From: a virus
DNA: 64,000 nucleotides
Virus record (IMG/VR): IMGVR_UViG_3300042691_050947
Direction: 5' to 3' (one strand)
Shown in pieces: positions 60,968 to 64,000 of this stretch. Position numbers and translations under genes: made by a program. Below the pieces are notes generated by a model. The model did no database searches and was not told the origin of the DNA. It saw only the letters and a list, made by a program, of their open reading frames with translations. Numbering within the stretch: the stretch's first letter is position 1; every line of letters starts with the position of its first letter.

Positions 60968-62821
60968 ATGTCTTACTTATCCCTAAATGAAAACCAGATC
61001 CAGCAAATCGATGCTTTAAACTCTATACTTGCTCAAGCTGAACCTACGCTTTCCAAGATGCTCACCTTTGAGTCTCTAGTAAATGAAGCTCACGTATTAA
61101 ATGTGCTTGAATCAAGCATCCCAGAAAGTCTACGATTTGACCTTCACCTTGACATGATCCTAAAGATCGGAAAATCAACAGTTTCTGACTATTATACAGC
61201 AATGCCTTCGGGTCACAATTACATTTTAGAAGCAGCTAGAAAGGTATTTCCAAACTCTCCGATGATCACAGAATCGATCGAGACCTTTCGAGCATACTTA
61301 ATATCTATGATTAATGAAGACGCTTTTGCTTTAAGTCAGCCTCTACCCGATATGGCAGGAAGCTTTGATAAGGCGGTAGCCGGTGGAGAATTGGAAGCAC
61401 GGACAGGTGATAGCAAATGGGGAATTCTTAAAAAGTTGTGGAATGCTATAACTGAAGGCGGATCCACGATCGGTATTATTCATTTTATTATCGATATAAT
61501 CGGAGTTTTTGGAGACTTCATTGTCCCTGGAGTTGGAGTTGTTGCAGACATCATTAATGCTATTATCTATGCGATTCGGGGAGAATGGATCCTGTGCGCG
61601 ATAAACGTGATTGCAGCTATATTTGTTGGATTTGGAGACACTCTAAAACTATTGAAAGGATCGGCAAAGGGTGCGCAAAAGTTACTTTCAAAACTCATGG
61701 GAAAAGAAGGAGCTAAGGAGGGAGCTGAGATGATAGCAAAAATGTCTGCCAAGGAATCCGGAGGAGTGATCAAGCTTCTTACTACAATCTTTGGAAATAT
61801 CGGCGGAGCACTAGGAAAAGCAACTTCTTTATTTGGAACCTTCGTTTCGGCTATGGGTAAAGTAACGAGTTGGGTTCCTGGATTAGGAAAGTTATTGACT
61901 CCGATTTATGAAGGACTCGGTAGAGCGCTTACAAAATTTGGAGATGGCATGTCCCTAGCGAGCGCTAATCTTAAATTAGCAACGACTGGTGCTAAAAAAT
62001 CTGCAGCAATGACAATTGATGCTGCTGTAAAATCGGGAGGAGATTTTATATTTGATGGACCATGGGTAAGAGTGATGAGTAAAGAAGGCAAAGAAATAGG
62101 AAAATATCCAGTAAAACAATTAGATGCTCTTACATCAAAGCAGCTTCTTGAAGTAACATCTAAAAAGGCAGGATCTGGTGCAAATATCCTCTATAAAAAT
62201 GCGGATGACATCCCGAAAGTAGAAAAGGTACTGAAGGATCCAAAGATTCAAGATGGATTTAGAAAAAGAGCTTATGCATTTTTTGAAAGCACTCCAAAAC
62301 TAAAGGGAATGGCTAGAATGTTACCTTCATTAAAATATTTTATAGGAAAACAGATCTATAAAATTATATTTGGTACTAACTTTGTAGACGGCGCTCAAAA
62401 TAGATGGGATAAACGTGAGGTTGAGGGTCATGGAAATGGAGCATTAAATGATTGGATATCCGATAGAATTGCTAAGGAAAAAGCAGAATCCGGTGCTGTG
62501 TATATTCCTGCATTAATGCTAGATTCACAAGATCAAGAGGTAGTTGATCGAATAACTAAGTATCAAAATAAGTTTGCAAAGGATCTCAATCAGCCTTCTA
62601 TCATGCATGTTGTAACTAATAAATATGATAAGGAGTCGGCTCCTCCAGATGTTCGAAAATTCTTTGATGAAGTGGAACGAGGCAATGTTAAGCGAGGCGG
62701 ATCTCGAGATAGAGTTGATCACTCTAGCGCAGATCGTCTTTCTAACCAATATGGAAAAATCGGTGAAAGTAAATCGCCTAAGATCATAAGAAACATATCT
62801 AATTTTTCAGATTTTAAATGA
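60968..62821 (+). CDS. Probable head-internal/ejected protein with a membrane-inserting (pre-toxin TG-like) region
   Basis: IHFIIDIIGVFGD...GVVADIINAIIYAIRGEW hydrophobic hairpin; Gly/Ala-rich amphipathic helices; TFESLVNE, MITES and MINE sites. Confidence 0.55.
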   Translation: MSYLSLNENQIQQIDALNSILAQAEPTLSKMLTFESLVNEAHVLNVLESSIPESLRFDLHLDMILKIGKSTVSDYYTAMPSGHNYILEAARKVFPNSPMITESIETFRAYLISMINEDAFALSQPLPDMAGSFDKAVAGGELEARTGDSKWGILKKLWNAITEGGSTIGIIHFIIDIIGVFGDFIVPGVGVVADIINAIIYAIRGEWILCAINVIAAIFVGFGDTLKLLKGSAKGAQKLLSKLMGKEGAKEGAEMIAKMSAKESGGVIKLLTTIFGNIGGALGKATSLFGTFVSAMGKVTSWVPGLGKLLTPIYEGLGRALTKFGDGMSLASANLKLATTGAKKSAAMTIDAAVKSGGDFIFDGPWVRVMSKEGKEIGKYPVKQLDALTSKQLLEVTSKKAGSGANILYKNADDIPKVEKVLKDPKIQDGFRKRAYAFFESTPKLKGMARMLPSLKYFIGKQIYKIIFGTNFVDGAQNRWDKREVEGHGNGALNDWISDRIAKEKAESGAVYIPALMLDSQDQEVVDRITKYQNKFAKDLNQPSIMHVVTNKYDKESAPPDVRKFFDEVERGNVKRGGSRDRVDHSSADRLSNQYGKIGESKSPKIIRNISNFSDFK

Positions 62822-63675
62822 AGTTAAAAGATTTTACAAGCTATTCAAGCCATTATTCAAAGGACCCTAAAAACTTTGAAAAAAGAATCGCCATTGCTTC
62901 CACACAAGGTGAAGTTCCACTATTTGAAAATTTTTCAAAGATTGATGATGTGCTTAATCTTTCTAAATCAGTTCCTCTGATAATGTGGGGAAATTTTAAT
63001 CTATCTAATTCGGGGATGAATGAAAGCTTCTGTAGCACAGTGTACAATCAAAAAACGATTCCTAGCAAGTTTGAAATAACTCAAGCCTTTAATGATGAAG
63101 ATTTTATTCCTAAAAAAATAAATGATCGATCCCTAGTAAAAAAGATGAAGTTTCCGATCATTGGGGTCAAGGGAGACACTGAAGAAGAATTTAAAACATA
63201 CGGCAAATTTAAAAAAACAGAAAGATTTTTTGACCATTTTAAAGAAAAACTGGTTCCTTCTTCCAGGTTTGAAGTCCTTGTTTCTGACGATGAACCCATA
63301 CACGTTCATAAAAAAATAAACAAGACTCCCTTTGATGTCGACCTAAATAGGTGGAAAAACCTAGAAGAGTGTAAAAAGATCTGCAAAAAAATAAATTCTA
63401 AGTATTCACCGGAATTCTATATCATAACTTTACTTGAATCAAACGATGCTCTTTACCTTGATTCAATCACAAGAAATACTCGACTTACTCCACCTCAAAG
63501 CTTAAAGCTTTACGAATCAGCGTATGAAAAGTATTATTCTTCTCAAATACCTTTTTGGGTAAAAAGAAAAATGTTTGAATCTCACGTAAAACCTTATTTC
63601 GTTAAAAAGTACTATGATTCTCTTCTTTTTAAACCTACTGGCACAATTGATTATAAAAAATACTTAGATCAATGA
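62818..63675 (+). CDS. Degenerate RimK-like ATP-grasp fold protein
   Basis: Order of segments FIPK, KFPII, FKEKL...FEVLV and FYIITLL...LYLDSI follows ATP-grasp, but the catalytic residues look substituted. Confidence 0.45.
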   Translation: MKLKDFTSYSSHYSKDPKNFEKRIAIASTQGEVPLFENFSKIDDVLNLSKSVPLIMWGNFNLSNSGMNESFCSTVYNQKTIPSKFEITQAFNDEDFIPKKINDRSLVKKMKFPIIGVKGDTEEEFKTYGKFKKTERFFDHFKEKLVPSSRFEVLVSDDEPIHVHKKINKTPFDVDLNRWKNLEECKKICKKINSKYSPEFYIITLLESNDALYLDSITRNTRLTPPQSLKLYESAYEKYYSSQIPFWVKRKMFESHVKPYFVKKYYDSLLFKPTGTIDYKKYLDQ

Positions 63676-63860
63676 TTATCATCAAGTGTTCCGGTAAAAA
63701 AATAGAATGGGTTCTTAAAAAATATAGACAGAAGGTCGATCAGATCGGCCAGATCAATGAGCTTAAGTCTAGAAAAGAATTTGAGAAGCCTAGTGTAAAG
63801 AAAAGAAAACAGACTAGCCGAGCTAAGTATAACAATAAAAAGAGGAATGCTAAACTTTAA
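63672..63860 (+). CDS. rpsU: Ribosomal protein bS21 (phage-encoded)
   Basis: 62 aa, basic; IEWVLKKYRQK...ELKSRKEFEKPSVKKR...AKY signature. Confidence 0.9.
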   Translation: MIIIKCSGKKIEWVLKKYRQKVDQIGQINELKSRKEFEKPSVKKRKQTSRAKYNNKKRNAKL

Positions 63861-64000
63861 TCAATTTATAAACGAGAATATGGAAGAGCTAGCGTTCGGT
63901 GAAAGAAGGGCGGCTGGAGTAGCGATAATATACGACAATAAGATATTGTTAATCCATCCAACAAATTCTTCTTGGAAAAAATCAACCTGTGGAATACCTA
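63847..64000 (+). CDS. Probable NUDIX hydrolase; runs off the window end
   Basis: Manual translation MLNFNQFINENMEELAFGERRAAGVAIIYDNKILLIHPTNSSWKKSTCGIP; AAGVAII...ILL...GIP typically precedes a Nudix box, which lies outside the window. Confidence 0.65.
   Translation, partial: MLNFNQFINENMEELAFGERRAAGVAIIYDNKILLIHPTNSSWKKSTCGIP

Noticed and set aside
2996-63299. Many short antisense or alternate-frame ORFs in the track (e.g. 2996-3268, 12503-12856, 34721-35182, 49400-49774)
   Set aside because: Fully nested in longer genes that have coherent motifs; shadow ORFs with no independent support.
1-64000. Stop-codon reassignment as in some large phages
   Set aside because: Standard-code ORFs are long and tile the window almost completely.

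Overview
AT-rich, densely coding segment of a large T4-like (myovirus, probably jumbo) phage genome in the standard genetic code. The host is most likely a Bacteroidota: leaders are A-rich with no Shine-Dalgarno, bS21 is Bacteroidia-type, and there is a type IX secretion (T9SS) cargo-like gene. Positions 1-4226 are a minus-strand DNA-metabolism block (PD-(D/E)XK nuclease, PolB-type exonuclease, UvsE). A structured divergent intergenic region follows, then a mostly plus-strand late/virion region. That region holds a RuvC-like resolvase, a gp55-like late sigma factor, very large baseplate/tail proteins, gp14-, gp15-, gp3-, gp6-, gp26- and gp51-like proteins, both terminase subunits and an ECF-type sigma factor. 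Four accessory modules stand out: (i) two glycosyltransferases plus a sulfotransferase facing two Cys-rich 15-residue-repeat fibre genes, a candidate virion glyco-sulfation system; (ii) FkbM methyltransferase, MBD4-like glycosylase and a T4 beta-glucosyltransferase-like gene, a candidate DNA hypermodification and repair system; (iii) unrelated proteins sharing a T4 capsid-targeting-like peptide at the N or C terminus; (iv) a host-type CUB/FN3 T9SS cargo gene and phage ribosomal protein bS21. No major capsid, portal, sheath, tRNA, CRISPR or mobile element was recognised. All family calls come from motif recognition by eye, not database searches.
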